A stretch of 53,640 nucleotides of DNA, filler included, from Jimgerdemannia flammicorona (taxonomy: Eukaryota), in assembly GCA_003990765.1 (NCBI GenBank). It is 2 parts of 2 records of this genome, joined end to end, with 100 filler letters (N's around TTAATTAATTAA, not from the genome) between each part and the next. Parts side by side here need not be neighbours in the genome. Positions count along the whole stretch, not along the records: positions 26,871 to 53,640 come from RBNJ01000697.1; 1 more part is not named here. The stretch is one strand, 5' to 3'. Under the pieces are notes generated by a model that saw nothing but the letters and a program-made list of their open reading frames with translations, had not been told where the DNA came from and did no database searches. Positions 34,497 to 48,231 of this stretch are shown one piece after another. Within the stretch, counting starts at the first letter, position 1. Each line of letters opens with the position of its first letter. Made by a program: the position numbers and the translations under genes.

Positions 34497-37400
34497 ATGA
34501 ATATCTCACTTTCAAGCTGAAAAACAAACAACCTCTACAATAACTACCCTGACTACAAGAGTCACCCCTGTAAGAATTCAAGACAAGATGGAAATATACC
34601 CCTCAACATTCTATGGATATACTACTGAAGAGTCAATCCTGACCTTCATTGAAGACTTTGAACAATTTGCTGCTGTATAAGCCTTTGGTATGGATGCTCA
34701 ATTGGCCCTTCTACCAGTCAGCCTCAGAGGACCTGCTAGAGATAAGTTCAATATAGCCACCATTGCTGATACTAGTGCAGCCAAACTTGCCAACATAAAG
34801 GTCTTCCTCAGAACAACATATTATACTGAAGAGATCAAGCAAGCTCTCAAGGATCAACTCAATACTATCTGCCAGGGACTTAGTGAAGATCCCAACTCAT
34901 TCTATACCCAAATATGCCACTAGATTGTCTTGGCTGGCTATGATGACTGCCTCAAGGAACAAATAGCAGATTCAACTTTCCTCAAAGGAATTCACCCTGA
35001 AATTGCCCTAGCAATCTGGTCTACCCTAGCTGCACTAACCCTTGATCAGAAAGTGGTCTTTGCATAGAGATATTGGACTGCCAGACACCCTATCGAACAC
35101 TCAATGGAGAAAATAACTGGCATCAAGATAGAGCCATCAAAGCTAACTAGTATCATACCTGCTACAGTGGTAAACAGATAAACAACTCCACCTACCCCCA
35201 AGATAGCCAAAGCTAACTCAGTGGAAGAACTCACCAAGTAGTTTGCTGAGATGACTGTACACCTTGGTGATGTTGTTAGAGAAGTCTAAAGTGCCAATAG
35301 GAGACCAGTACAGAGATTTGCAGCTGCTATAGAAGAATGCAATATCATATACTTTAGGTATAGAGAAGAAGGCCACTACACAAAGAGTTGCATGACTGAA
35401 ACAAGATGCAAAGCCCAACCAAGCAATGCTAGCAGAACCAGAGAACAAACCAATGCAGTAGTTATCAAGGAGATTGGTGACACTGATGATGAAGAATATT
35501 ACGAGAAGCTTGAATTCTACCCTACTACTGAAGGTACCAGAACCCAGTCCAAGCCCTATGACAAGAAGAGCAACAGCAAGCCAGTTGGAAGATCAAAGAA
35601 AACCCCAGCTATCACTATTCAAAGCAAGATCCAACCCAAAGAGATTGATCAAGACATAGAGTTAGATGAAGCCGCCTACCAAATCATTGAAGGTACTACT
35701 CCAGTCTCAAGAGAAAGTGAAAGCAAGAAGGAACAAAAGCTGTGCAAGACCAAGATTCACCAGTATGATATCTACAAAGATCTTAAGGAATAGAAGGTCA
35801 ATGCCACTTTTGGACAGCTAGCTGAAGTTCCTACCTTCAGACAGCAGTTGAGAGTAGAACTTGCAACTACTGTCAAGAATCAAGAGAACAAGATTGTAGA
35901 AGCTCACAATGTACAGAAAGAATCCAAGAACTCAGATAAAGAATCTGAAGATCAGTGCAAGACATCAGCCTATACTCTATGTCAGATTGAAGACTGTATC
36001 TTTGATACTATTATTGATACTGGTGCTGAAGGATGCCTCATAAGCAAGAAGGCAATTGACTACCTAGGTTGGGACATTGAAGAGTCTACCAAGATGGTCT
36101 ATATTATAGCAGATAGTATATGAGCTACCCCCTTTTGCAAAATCTGAGAAGTCTCCATCAAGATAGAAGGAGCTACCATTTCAGTAGATGTGATTGTCAC
36201 AAGCACCACCAACTATAACATCCTCATTGGCAATCAATGGCTTCACAAGGCCAAGGCTATTATTGACCTCAATGCCCAGAAGATGTAAATCAACTATAGA
36301 GAGAGAAAGGTATGAGTCTCTATTAATGTTCATAAAAGAGTTCTACCAGATATAGAGGAAGGAGATGAAGAGGACACAGAGGTCTTCATACACTCAGTAA
36401 ATAAGAACAAGAATAAGACACCTAAGCTCACAGATGAGCAGTGGTACAACAAGATCATTGATGGGTATGTCTCTCAAGAAAGATGCCCCCATGGTACTAG
36501 AATGTACTGCTCAGAATACCTGAATGACTGCTGGTCCTGTATCAGTGAAGTCAGGAAAATCCACCAATAGAAATATGAGCAAGAAGCCACCAAAGCAAAA
36601 AGGAAAGCCAAAGAAGATGACCAGCCCCCAGAGTTTCAGGCTGACAGCAATGATGAGGAGGACAAGAATCAGACATCACCCTCAAGGTTAAGAAGTTTCA
36701 CCCTAAAGCCAAGATTCCAGAATATAAGACTGAAGGAGCCATAGAAATAGACCTTGCCAGCATTCAAGATGTTACTGTCAAACCACAGACCACCACCCTA
36801 CTTGGTACTGGAATTGGAGTTAAGCTGCCAGAGAACCATGCCAAAATTATCAAGACCAGGAGCAGTCTGGTCAAAAGTGAAATCTCAGTTAAAGGAGGAG
36901 TAATTGACCCTGATTACACTGGCAAGATCTTCCTCATAGTCAGAAATCACAACCCCACCACCTCCTTTGAAGTCAAGAAGCATGACAGGATTGGCCAGAT
37001 GCTGATCCACAAAATCAAGAAGTCCAAGATCATAGAAGCCATCAAACTCATCAAGACCAAGAGAGGAGAACAAGACTTTGGATCTACTAGAAGAGGAGCC
37101 TATGCCACCACCAAAATTACTAAACTTGAGCACAAGAAAGACAAGGACCAGAATAAGTACATATATACTATTGGAGAAAACTTTCCACTGGAGGAACAAC
37201 TTTTCAAGATCCTGTACCAGAACAAAGAAGTACTTACTATAGACTTCAGGGATATCCACAATCAAGAACCCAAGTACTACCATGAAGTTGATACTGGTGA
37301 TATCAAGCCCATCTACCAGAAAGCCAGACCCATACCACTTGCCTACAGAGAGTGGCTACAAGCAGAACTCAAGGAAATAGAAGAAGCCGGGATCATCAAG

Positions 37401-39798
37401 CAAGCTATCAGCCCCTGGGCTTCACCCATTGTCCTTGCCCCAAAGAAAGGAAGTAAGTCTGGAGAGTTTGTGCCAAGACTCTGCATTGACTACAGGAAGC
37501 TCAATGCTATCACCAAGAAGGATAGGCAGCCCTTGCCAAATATTCAAGAAATCCTTACCACCCTTAGAAGTGAAGCCAAATACTACACTACCCTGGATCT
37601 GTTCTCAGGCTTCTATCAGATTGGTCTCACTCAAGATGCCAGTGAGAAATCAGCCTTCATCATACCTGATGCCACCTATATCTACCTGTGAATGCCATTT
37701 GGAATGTGCAATGCCCCAGCAAGTTCTTAGTGAATGATGAATAGAGTCTTCAGCAATACAGTACAGAAATATGTCAATCACATACAGCTAGCCCTCAAGA
37801 AGCTCAAGGAGCATGGCCTCTACATCAAGCCCAAGAAATGCAAGTTTGTGGCTCAGGAAATCACCTATCTAGGACACCTCATCAACCAGACCAGAATCCA
37901 TACAGACTCTATGAAGATTGAGGCTGTTGTAGTCTACCTGAGACCCAGAACAACTACAGAAGTCCATGCCTTCCTTGGACTGGCCAGCTACTACAGAAGA
38001 TTCATCAAAGGATATTCCAACATTGCAGCACCTATCTATAAGCTACTGAAGAAGGAGACCAAATTCAAATAGACCAAGAAGTACCAAGAAACCTTCAATG
38101 AACTCAAGACCAGATTGATCCAAGCACCCATCCTCAGAAGACCAGATTGGAATCTAGAATTCATCCTGCAGACAGATACAAGTACTATAGGACTTGGAAC
38201 AGTCCTAGCTCAGAAGAAAGATAGATATAAATATGTCATCTCCTATATAAGCCAAAGTACCCATGGAGCAGAACAGAACTATAAGTCATGTAAGCTCGAA
38301 TGCTTAGCAGTAGTTTGGGCAGTAGATAAGTTCCACTACTACCTAGCTGGGAAATACTTCACTATTCAAACAGACTATTCTGCTCTTGCCTGGCTATTCC
38401 ACACTCTGAACCCCAAAGGAATATATGCCAGATGGATCTACAGGCTGCAAGAGTATAACTGTACTATCAAGCACTGCTTAGGAAGAACCAACACCAATGC
38501 CGATGCACTCTCAAGGATACTCCAAAACACTCTTATCAAGACTATTCAATATGAATAAGGAGCTATACTATGGATTAATCAGCTACCTTGGGTAGTGGAA
38601 GATGCACAATCACCTCGAACTCTGGACAATCACTATCATCAACCAGACTTGGAAACAGTTTGAATTAGACAACACTATACTTAGAAAAGGAGGAAAGCTA
38701 GTAATACTCAAATATAAGAAGTATCAAGTAATGAAGAAAGTACACAAGCAAGGACACCTAGGAGGAACCAACATATATAACAAAGCTAAAAGAACTATAT
38801 GGTGGCCCAAGATGGAAGAAGACCTGTGCCAATTTGTCAAAGGATGTGACAAGTACCAAAAACAGAAACAAGATCAGTAAGACCAGACACCTGGGTCATC
38901 AAGAATTGAGCCTATTCCCTTCCACCACATCGCAATGGATATCATTGGACTACTACCAGTAACATTATTAGGAAACTGCTATATTATAATTATTGTAGAC
39001 CTCTTCACCAAATAGATAGAGGTAGGAACATTACAAGAAGCCAATGTCCTCTCTATAGCTGACTTCCTGCACTGAGAAATCATCTGCCACTACAAGACAC
39101 CAAAGCAAATCACAACAGACTGTGGTACAGAATTTATCAATAGATTTCATGAGATAATATATCAGAAATATAAGATCTAGTATATCAAGACCACTGTGTA
39201 CCACTCTCAAGGAAATGGACAGACAGAAAGAACCAATAAGACTCTCAAGAACATCTTAGCAAAGATCTCAGAGACATATGAAAATTGGGATAATTATCTT
39301 CTAACTACCCTCTCTGTCCTATAAGACATATGGTCACAGAGCATACACTTTACCCCAAGGGAGCTGCTCTTCAGAGAAGAAGATTCTGATTGAATCTCAG
39401 CCACAAATCTAGACCTAACTTGGAGATGGGTTGATGCAGAAATCCAGAAACTATACCAAATCAGGAAGAAGGCTGAAGATTACATCACCAAGTCATAAGC
39501 GCTGACAAGGAAGAATGCATAAAAGAATTATAAGGCCCTAGAACTCATCTGAATTGGAGAAAAGATTCTACTGTATTAAAATATAGTAGAAGCCTCATGG
39601 TCATGAAAACTGGAGCCCAAATGGAAAGGACTCTTCTACATCTAAGATATCAAGAAAACCACCTTCTGACTTAGAAAAATCTCAGAGACCATACTGCCTA
39701 CTATGGTACATAGGAACAGACTCAAGAGATACTACAAACCTATACAAGAGAAGCAAAATGTGATGACTGCCTATGAGGTTCTAGTCCATAAATCATAA
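34497..39798 (+). pseudogene. Gag-Zn knuckle-protease-CPH motif-dUTPase-RT-RNaseH-integrase(GPY/F) polyprotein, disrupted
   Basis: LRGPARDKF (gag), EEGHYTKSC (knuckle), IIDTGAEGCLIS (protease), GGVIDPDYTG and RGEQDFGST (dUTPase), SPWASPIV, LCIDYRKLN and TLDLFSGFYQI (RT), LQTDTS, KLECLAVVWA and NADALSR (RNase H), GHLG, AMDIIG, ITTDCG and GQTERTN (integrase). No chromodomain seen. Confidence 0.93.
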
Positions 39799-40111
39799 CA
39801 GCATGTCCTATGACCAGTAGGCTATCTGTCTGGACCATTCTCTAAGGGATATGGTACTGGCAACTACTCATCTGCGAGACTTTTAAAGTCAGAAGAGTTT
39901 GAACCATCAACTGATTGGTCAAGATCAGAATCAGGCCCTTGCTCTATATGAAGAGAGTAATCCTTCACCATTATACCAAAATACAATGAGAAGATGCCAG
40001 TCCATAAATACCACTTTTTGATCCCTTGCTAGAGGTTATGGGATCAGCAAATTTTTCAGGACTGGACTAATGAATAAGGATGCTTGAGAAGATCCTTATT
40101 CAGGAGGAAGA

Positions 40112-41627
40112 TGTAATGGTGAACCCAGAATGATGACATCAGCACAGGAGACAGTCTTTCCTTACAAGCCACCAGATTGGAGTACAAGAAGATCATATGG
40201 TATATGAGATGAGCAATGATGACCAACTGTGAGTCATTATGACCACAGTACAAGCATCCTAAAGAATATAAAAGAAGGATCAAGGAACTGCAGTAGCAGC
40301 AACCAACAAGAACCACCAATTCCAAAATAGCTCAAAGACTTACTATAAATGAAATATCTGCTGCCTGCCAAATCTCAAGGTCAAGGAATCACCAAGGCAT
40401 CTCAGTTAAGGAAAGGATGTTCCAAGACATCAGAAGAGCCATGAGAACCTGCTCAAGAAGGACTCCTAGTATTAACCTGGATACTGCAGATCCCTACTAC
40501 TTTATTCTCTACTGCTATAAAATGGAAATAAGGATCACCATTGCTACCAAATGTCTCCAAATGTAGCAGGAGTACAAAATAAGAAACCTCCTCTGCTGGG
40601 AGTTCCTACAGGCCAGCCCTCAAGAGCTACAAGATGCCACTCCCATAGATATATGTGAGACAAGAATAGCTAAGAAGATCCATCAGATCTTCAGATATAT
40701 ACCATGGTTGACCCCTAACTTAGAGTATGTTAGAGTCTCAGATTTCAGAGACCTATCATCTCACTGTATCAATGTACTAGAAGCTAGGGTGGCTACAGAA
40801 GCCCAGTCCACTATCACTCTCAATAGTGATAAAGTAGAAGACTTCTGGCACCCCATCCTCCAAGACAACCCAGACCAATTCCTACAAGGATTGATCTCAG
40901 TATTCCAAGGCTCAAGCATTTGGATTAGATCTCCCCAAGACCCCACATTTGTCCCCTATTTTGTAGAAGAGAACCTCATAGACTGGGGAGCCCCAGACCT
41001 CCTTCCTACTGCCAAATGTGATGACATCATTGGTGATGATGTCATCCCGCATAATATCGAAGTATACAAAAATGATGAGTTTGCAGATCTCATCTCCTTT
41101 AGTGATAATGAGGATGAAGCCCCCATAATCCTAAACTTTCTGCTCTAAGTTCTTGTTATACTGAATAATGCCAGCACCAGTATTTTGATGTAACACCAGA
41201 TAATGCCAGCACTGGTATTCTGAGGTGACGTGAAATTGTTCCAGCACTGGTATTCTAATGTGATACTGAATTATACCAATATTCTGAACCTGTACAACCA
41301 TCAGTGCTGACCCTGAAACTTAGTAGTTTTAGTTATTGGAATTTATATTTAGCTTTATATCTTAGCAACCATTGAATTATATTTTATATAAATACCTCTC
41401 TTATTTTCTCTGAAATAAAGTCAGTTTCTCTTAGTGCAATATACACACTTCCTTATAAGCAATCTAAGAGATAACAAGACAGTTTAAAGATAAGAAGTTT
41501 GAGGACTATAAGACCTTAGGAAGACACTCCAATAAGAACTTGCTTATAACAAACTTGAGTTAGTCTAAGAGATATATCTTAAAGAGAATCTGGCATATTT
41601 GAAGGACTCAACGACCACTATGTGACA
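40112..41627 (+). repeat. 3' LTR, family B
   Basis: Follows the PPT, has TGTAA...TGACA ends and matches the 5' LTR. Confidence 0.95.
40354..41148 (+). pseudogene. LTR-embedded ORF of unknown function (also at 33194-33988 + and 48712-49524 -)
   Basis: The same reading frame is kept in three LTR copies, with a few stops at different positions and only in-frame indels. Confidence 0.7.
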
Positions 41628-41631
41628 CTAT

Positions 41632-42447
41632 ATACTATAATAAAACTATATATTAATAGAATTAAATATTATGTATAATTAAGATAACTATCAGCTCTAA
41701 GTTCTGAGTTCTTATGAAAAAGTACTAGATTTTAATTATCTATTGCAATAGTATAGTACAAATATCACTTTTGGATTTTTATACTAGTAGAGATATCATA
41801 CTTGTATCACAAGTTAATCAGATTCAGAATTGTTAATAAGTCAGATCTGAGGGTTCTTTGATAAAAATTCTGCTTTATTCTTATATTTAGAGAAAACAGA
41901 GCTGAGATTATAATATACTCAATATAGAGGATATTTATACAGATTCAAAGCTATAATTAAATATAGTATATTAGATATATTTATATATAGTTATATTATA
42001 TATAGTATTTATAACTACTCATTGTAAATTCTAGTAGCTTGCTGATATATAATGAACTATTATATCTTTCTCTTCTTTATTAGAACCTACTCATTAAGAT
42101 CAATACTAAATTCTAGATACTTATTAAACTAGAGAACTATATACTAAACTACTTGAAAGATAATATATATCACTCTAGTATTCATTAGTCAGATTGATAA
42201 TATTCTCAGAAGATACTTTATAAAGATAATTAAGGACTTAGAGTCAAGTATAAAAAATAACATATCTCTTAGTTTATTGATATCTATAGGTAAATTTATA
42301 TACTATGTGATTTATATGATAGAATCAATCTCATTAGATAGAATTTGATGATATAATCATTATAAAATGATAAAACAAAATAACCTACTGTCAGTGCTAC
42401 TTGCTATCTGCTATATTTCACATACTGCTCAGTATATTTCTTACTAC
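41632..42447. repeat. Very AT/TpA-rich decayed repeat, probably the continuation of the sequence interrupted by family B copy 1
   Basis: Linked to 32951 by the CTAT TSD and similar in composition to 32500-32950. Confidence 0.5.
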
Positions 42448-42648
42448 TATAATGGTAACCCCAGAATGATGACATCAGTACAGGAGACAGCCTTTCCTTA
42501 CAAGCTACCAGATCAGAGCACAAGAAGATCATACAGTATATGAGATAAGCAATGATGACCAACTGTGAGTTATTGTGACCATAGTTCAGATATCTTGAGA
42601 AATATAAAAGAAGGATCAAGGAACTGCAGTAGTAACAACCAATAAGAC
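42448..42648 (+). repeat. First 200 bp of another family B LTR, interrupted by family A copy 2
   Basis: Aligns to 40112-40312 and stops exactly where the family A LTR end begins. Confidence 0.9.
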
Positions 42649-45600
42649 TGTAAGAGGGTTTACTTTTTAGAGTAACTGTTACATAGTTCTGAAAGAGTTT
42701 TCTGAAAGTTCTGGATATTCTGAAAGACCATTTTCTTAAGGTCAAGATCAATTTCATATAGAGTATGTCCTCTATACTTATTGATTTTAAGATCAAGTTG
42801 ATGTCTCAATCAAAGTTCTTTTTTGGACTAGTTCTGAATGTTCAGGATTTTCCATATTTTAGGAAGTTTAAGAAACTAAGACCAGCTTAGTTGAATTGGC
42901 ATATTGTTGCAGACAATACCCAATTAGGAAATTTCATAACAGAGATAGGAGTGGAACCTAACAGGGAGCAGATTTACTTAAGAGTGGTTTGTGGGTTATT
43001 AAATAGGTTTATTCACTATTCATAATATTGCTATACTAGGAGTAATTGTATGAAGGAATATTGTGGAGAAGTGCTCAGGAGTTGTGTTTGGATTGTTTAA
43101 GTCTTTAAGTCTGAGATTCTGAGATCTAGGAGAGGGGATATTTATACTAGTGAGGGACTATCTGAACTATGCTAAATGTGGATATAGCACTTAGTGCCTT
43201 GCTGAGTCAAAATACAGTTATGTAGTACAAATGTGATCTGATATATCAAGAGAGCATCTAACTGCTGAGTCAGTTTACAGTCACATTGTATAAGACTAAT
43301 CTAACTATACTTATAATTGCTAAGCTATTTATAGATTTAGATACTGTCTGGTTAGTCTTTGATGACATCACTATTGATGACATCATTGCTGACAAAGTCT
43401 GAGCAGTTTTCTGACTTCTGATATCATCAGTTTCAAAGGTGTTGTTACTTTTATCTCTTGCAAGATTAAGACTGTTCTTGATAGTAGTAGTTATACAAGG
43501 ATAACAGGTCTTGGTTCTCTTTTTTTTTTGGTCTGCTGGCATATTTGTAAGGACTGGCTATCCTTGTCTAGGGTGAGGGCTCTCAATATCATGGCTGGGG
43601 GTTCAAATCTCTTAGAAATGATATTTTCTATAATCCAAGACAATTTCTAGTAGTAATATCTGTCACATGGATGGCTTGAGATTGGGTTTGATAATATTGG
43701 CTTCTTGAGTTCAGATGAAGCATCTGTTACTCTCCAATAGAGGTGACACAGATAGAGTGAATGAAGTTGTTCAAATATGTTGTGCTTCTGCTAAGTAATG
43801 AGGTCTTATATAGTCATAGTATATCTTAGTCTTGAGTTCGATAAGTGCAATTCATGAACTCTTGATAGATGAGATAGGGTCCTTCTTGTCTTGGTTTGAG
43901 TTTGGTACTTTTGGTTTCTTTTTGTAATAATACAGTATACCAAATAGTTATAAAGGTTCAGAGTCAGTCTTATGGTTATAGTACTTCTTCTGATATTCTT
44001 GTATCTTGGTGGTAGGTTCTTGTATTTGCTGGTGTATTTTGTATAATCAGATGATCTCTTCAGTAACTTGTTTTGTAGTCTCACATGTGGTTTCCAAATT
44101 AGTTCTGAGGATGATATGTGATTTTAGTGGCTTGGAGATTATGTGCTTACAACTCTCCTCTTCTTAGTTTTTGACATCCTCATCAGAGTCTTCTAATTTG
44201 TTCTAGTATTGTTGTACCATTTGGATGGTTCTTGTGGCTATGTTTGTTAAGGATTTGTTTAACTTTATATTCTTCTTGGTCATTAATAATGACAGGTGCA
44301 GGTGATTCTATAGTTCAGTTCAGAAATATATCTTGGACTTTCTGGAGTAGGGGTCTAATGTGGCTATCAACTTTGGAAAAGTCTTCTTTAGAGTTTTCAG
44401 ATTCTCCTTTAGATGGACAGATGGAGATGGCAAAGAGAGGATATTTCTTGGCCAATTTCCTGAGCTGTAGCTTATTGATGTGAGTGATCTTTGGTCCAGG
44501 GTCACTAGAGTTGAGTGAGTCTTTTTTGCATTGCAGTTTGAAGTTGTGGTGTCCTTTCTTGATGGTCAGAGAATGGTTTATCCAATCGATCATGGGGTTC
44601 TCTTGTTTCAACCATAGGGTTCTAAGAATGATCTCATTGTCAGGAAGTGGTACAATTTGGAGGGTAATATATACTTGATAGTCACCAATTTGAAAGGGTA
44701 GATTGCAGACTTCCTTGCTAATGATATATGAGGTTCTATCAGCTGTGGCAACTACTTGAGTTTGTTGTACTGGAGAGGTGAAAACCTTGAGTCTGTTGGT
44801 TGTTTCTTCATTGATAAAGTTGCCTGAGGTACTACTGGCTATCATAATCTTAACAGGTGCTCAGTTGACAAAAGCTTGGAGTGTAAGCAGTTTGTCTGAT
44901 CCAATGGTAGTGATTTCAGTTATAGGAGCTTTCTTTCTGTTAGTTCTTCTTTGAGCCAATTCATTGACACAAGAGAAATAGTCATCAATTATTCAGGAAG
45001 AGTATATTCCAATGCCATGAGGGCATTGGCCACTAGGTATATATCTATTTTCGATTTTCTTATGGAATTGTTCTTCTTTGTTCATAATAGGTTGGGCTGG
45101 AGCCTTATTTGATGAGCTAAATCCTTTAGATCCTTGGATGGTAGATAGTAGTTCAGGGACTTCCTTAACTATCAGAGTTGACTCGATTTTCTCAAATAGG
45201 ATCTGGGTAATACAGAAACCAATAGGGATCTTGAAGAGTATCCAACTATGGTTTCAGATAAGGACAATAATTTCACCTGTATAATCTTCATCAATGACTC
45301 CCCCTTCTACTAAGAGTCCTTTCAATGCTAGGCTGCTGCGACAGCATATTATTCCAATATGTCCTTCAAGGATTTGGATGCTGATTCCTGTGTAGATTTG
45401 CTTGACTTCTCAGTTGGAAACTGTAGCTTCTTTGGCTATATACAGGTCATATCTAGCTGCCTTTTGACTTCCTTTGGTTGGGGCCTTAGCAGTTTGTCTT
45501 AACTTGACAAAATCCAGTATTCTGGTAGTTAGGTTATTGAGGTGGTATAGAGTAGTAACAGTTGCTCATATTGCTGTTCAGGGTTTTTGGTTGGAGCAGG

Positions 45601-48231
45601 CACTGGCCATATGTCCTGTCTTTCAGCAATAGAAATATGCTTCACTTCTTCAAAGTTCATTTCTTTCTCCTTCAGTGAGTTTCTTGAAAGCACTTAGCTG
45701 GGTGGGTTCATGATTTCTGGGTGTCTATGAGGTGGATGTTGAGGGAGCTTGGGATGCTTCATGCTTAGGTTCTTCTTTCTTAGTCTAAGTCTTTTCCTTA
45801 TTGTTGAATTGTCTTTAGAGCAGGATTGGTCCAGCTGTTAGAATTCGCTTGACCATGGTCTTGATTCTTGCTAGACATCATTGTTGGTGGTCACAACCAA
45901 CTGGGTGGCCTTGTTCTCAGATTTTTCTGGTAAGCCATTCAGATAGTGTATTGAATAGATAGTCTGCTCTTATACCATTTTGTGCTTTATCATTAGCAAT
46001 GTATCCTAGGCCAACAGTGTTTAAAAGTGACTCAAGTTTTGTACAGAAGGTTTTGAATTCTTCCTTGCCATGTATATTGAATTTGAGGTTATGGAGTTTT
46101 ACTTGAGATCTGGCAATTATGGTTTTGCTGTAGTATTGAGCAATTATGAGTTGTTTTAGTCCAGGGGCTGCAGGATGGGCTCCATATCCTGGGGCATTAT
46201 TTGCTATATTTTGAGCAACTACTGCAGGTTGGGTATCCTATATGAGGGGTTTTTCAGGAAGGGTTCACTACCATTCTTTGGCAGATCCTTAGAAGAATGT
46301 AACAACTCAGTGGATATAGGCTGTAGTGGTAGCAAAGAGTTGTTCCAGAGTATGGTCTTGATTGTTTATCAGAAGGTGGTCAGCAACTCACTCATTGGTC
46401 CATTGATTGGCCTCAAAGTTGATATCAACTATACTAATAAAGCTTTGGACTTCTTGTACAGTACTATTGAAGATAGGTAGGCTCAGATTTTTGGTAGGTC
46501 AGATCTATTCTACTAAGGCAGTAATGGTTGCTGCCATTATGGCTATCTGAGCTGTGAGGTCTAGAATCTATTAGTTTGCTATGTTGTTTACTGGAGACAG
46601 TTGGACTGCTGGTAGTAGTGTTACTGGTACTACTTGAGGTACTGGTGCAGAATATGAGGGTGTTCTTTGGGTCTGTGTAAGTTGCTAAAGTAATAGTTGT
46701 GGGTCTGGAGTAAGGGCTTGATAGATAGCTATTTGTTGCTATATCAGTGTATTCTGTCCTGATGGAGGTATATCTCCTTCAGTAGTATATCTAGGATCAA
46801 ATTCTCTAAGATACTCCTCTTTCTCTTTGGTTTGGTCCCCATGTAATTAGATTTGCTTAGTGTCAAAGTAGACAGAATTAGTTGTATATCTGATTTTGAA
46901 TAGACTTAATTCAAAGTCAAGTTCTGGTTTGGAATTGGTTTCTGGTTCAGATAGGATTGTAGCTGGGCCTACTTCTGGTTCAGAATCAGATTGTTGATGA
47001 AGAGTTTCTCTTGCTTCTTCTTTAAGAATATAGTGGGTCTTGTTATTCTGGAATCAGTAATATAATGTGGTCTTGGTCCTGATATGGTGAAAGTCAGTAG
47101 AGTTGAGCCACTTGGCTATAGAGGCTTGGGCTTCATGAGAAACTAAGGCTAAAAAGACTACTGATAGTTGTCCTAGATTGCTCAGATTTGTGGAGCTGAC
47201 AAAACTCTTATTGAGGAGAGTAAAGAAGGCTTCTATAAGACCTTCTTTGTCTTGACTTGCTGGGTGTAGAGCAAGGAGTTCAGTAAATAGAGTTTTGCCT
47301 ATTTGCTGATTTAATCAGAGTACTTCTTTCTTTGAGTGAAGTTTGTCCCACTTATTGTAGGTATGGAGGTCAAGTTGTCCTTGTATGTCAGATTCAATTC
47401 TCTCCAGATTGTCAGATAGTTCAGGATAAATTCCAGTTCAGAGGTTGGGCTTTATACCAACTTGTAGGAATTCTCAGAAAGGTTTGTAGCAGGGTGAGGA
47501 AGTATCTTGAAGTGAAATTGGATTGTAAATCACTGCTACCAAGTTGTAAGAGGGTTTACTTTTTAGAGTAACCATTATATAGTTCTGGAAGGGTTTTCTG
47601 GAAGTTCTGGATATTCTGGAAGACTGTTTTCTTAAGGTCAAGATCAATTTCATATAGAGTACATCCTCTATGCTTATTGATTTCAAGATTGGGTTGATGT
47701 CTCAACCAAAGTCTTTTTTCGGACTAGTTCTGGATGTTCAGGATTTTTTGTATTTCAGAAAGTTCAAGAAACTAAGACCAGCTTAGTTGAATTGGTGTAT
47801 TGCTGCAGACAATACCCAATTAGGAAATTTCATGATGGGGTTAGGAGTGGGACCTAATGGGGAGTGGATTTACTTAAGAGTAGTTTATGGGTTATTAAAT
47901 AGGTTTATTAGTTATTTATGATATTGCTATACTAGAAGTAGTTATATAAAGAGATATTGTGGGAAAGTATTCAGGAGTATTCTTATATTCTCAAGTCTGT
48001 TAAGTCTGAGATTCTGAGATCTGGAAGAGGGAGTATTTATACTAGTGAGGAGCTATCTGAGCTATGTTGAATATAGATATAGCACTTAGTGCCTTGCTGA
48101 GTTGGAATGCAGTCATATAGTACAAATGTGATCTGACATGTCAAGAGAGCATCTGACTGCTGAGTCAGTTTACAGTCACATCATACAAGGCTAATCTAAC
48201 TATATTTATGACTGCTAAGCTATTTATAGAT
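42649..48231 (-). mobile_element. Family A copy 2 (3' LTR 42649-44151; internal region 44152-47544; 5' LTR 47545-48231, cut by a family B insertion)
   Basis: Reverse-complement colinear with 1-4633, including the same protease-to-chromodomain junction. Confidence 0.93.
47531..47541 (-). other. Primer-binding site of family A, initiator tRNA-Met-like
   Basis: TGGTAGCAGTG begins 3 nt after the LTR end CTTACA. TGGTAGC is the usual complement of the initiator tRNA-Met 3' end. Confidence 0.7.

Larger units (their letters stand above)
32952..41627 (+). mobile_element. Near-complete Ty3/Gypsy element, family B copy 1 (8.7 kb)
   Basis: Two 1516-bp LTRs (TGTAA...TGACA), 4-bp TSD CTAT (32948-32951 and 41628-41631), PBS-like ACTTAGTGCCCAT after the 5' LTR, and PPT AGGAGGAAGA (40102-40111). 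Confidence 0.95.

Noticed and set aside
36885..37283. Hydrophobic antisense ORFs (also 52536-53054) suggesting an env-like or antisense gene
   Set aside because: They overlap dUTPase/RT on the opposite strand, and the hydrophobicity follows from the A-rich sense strand.
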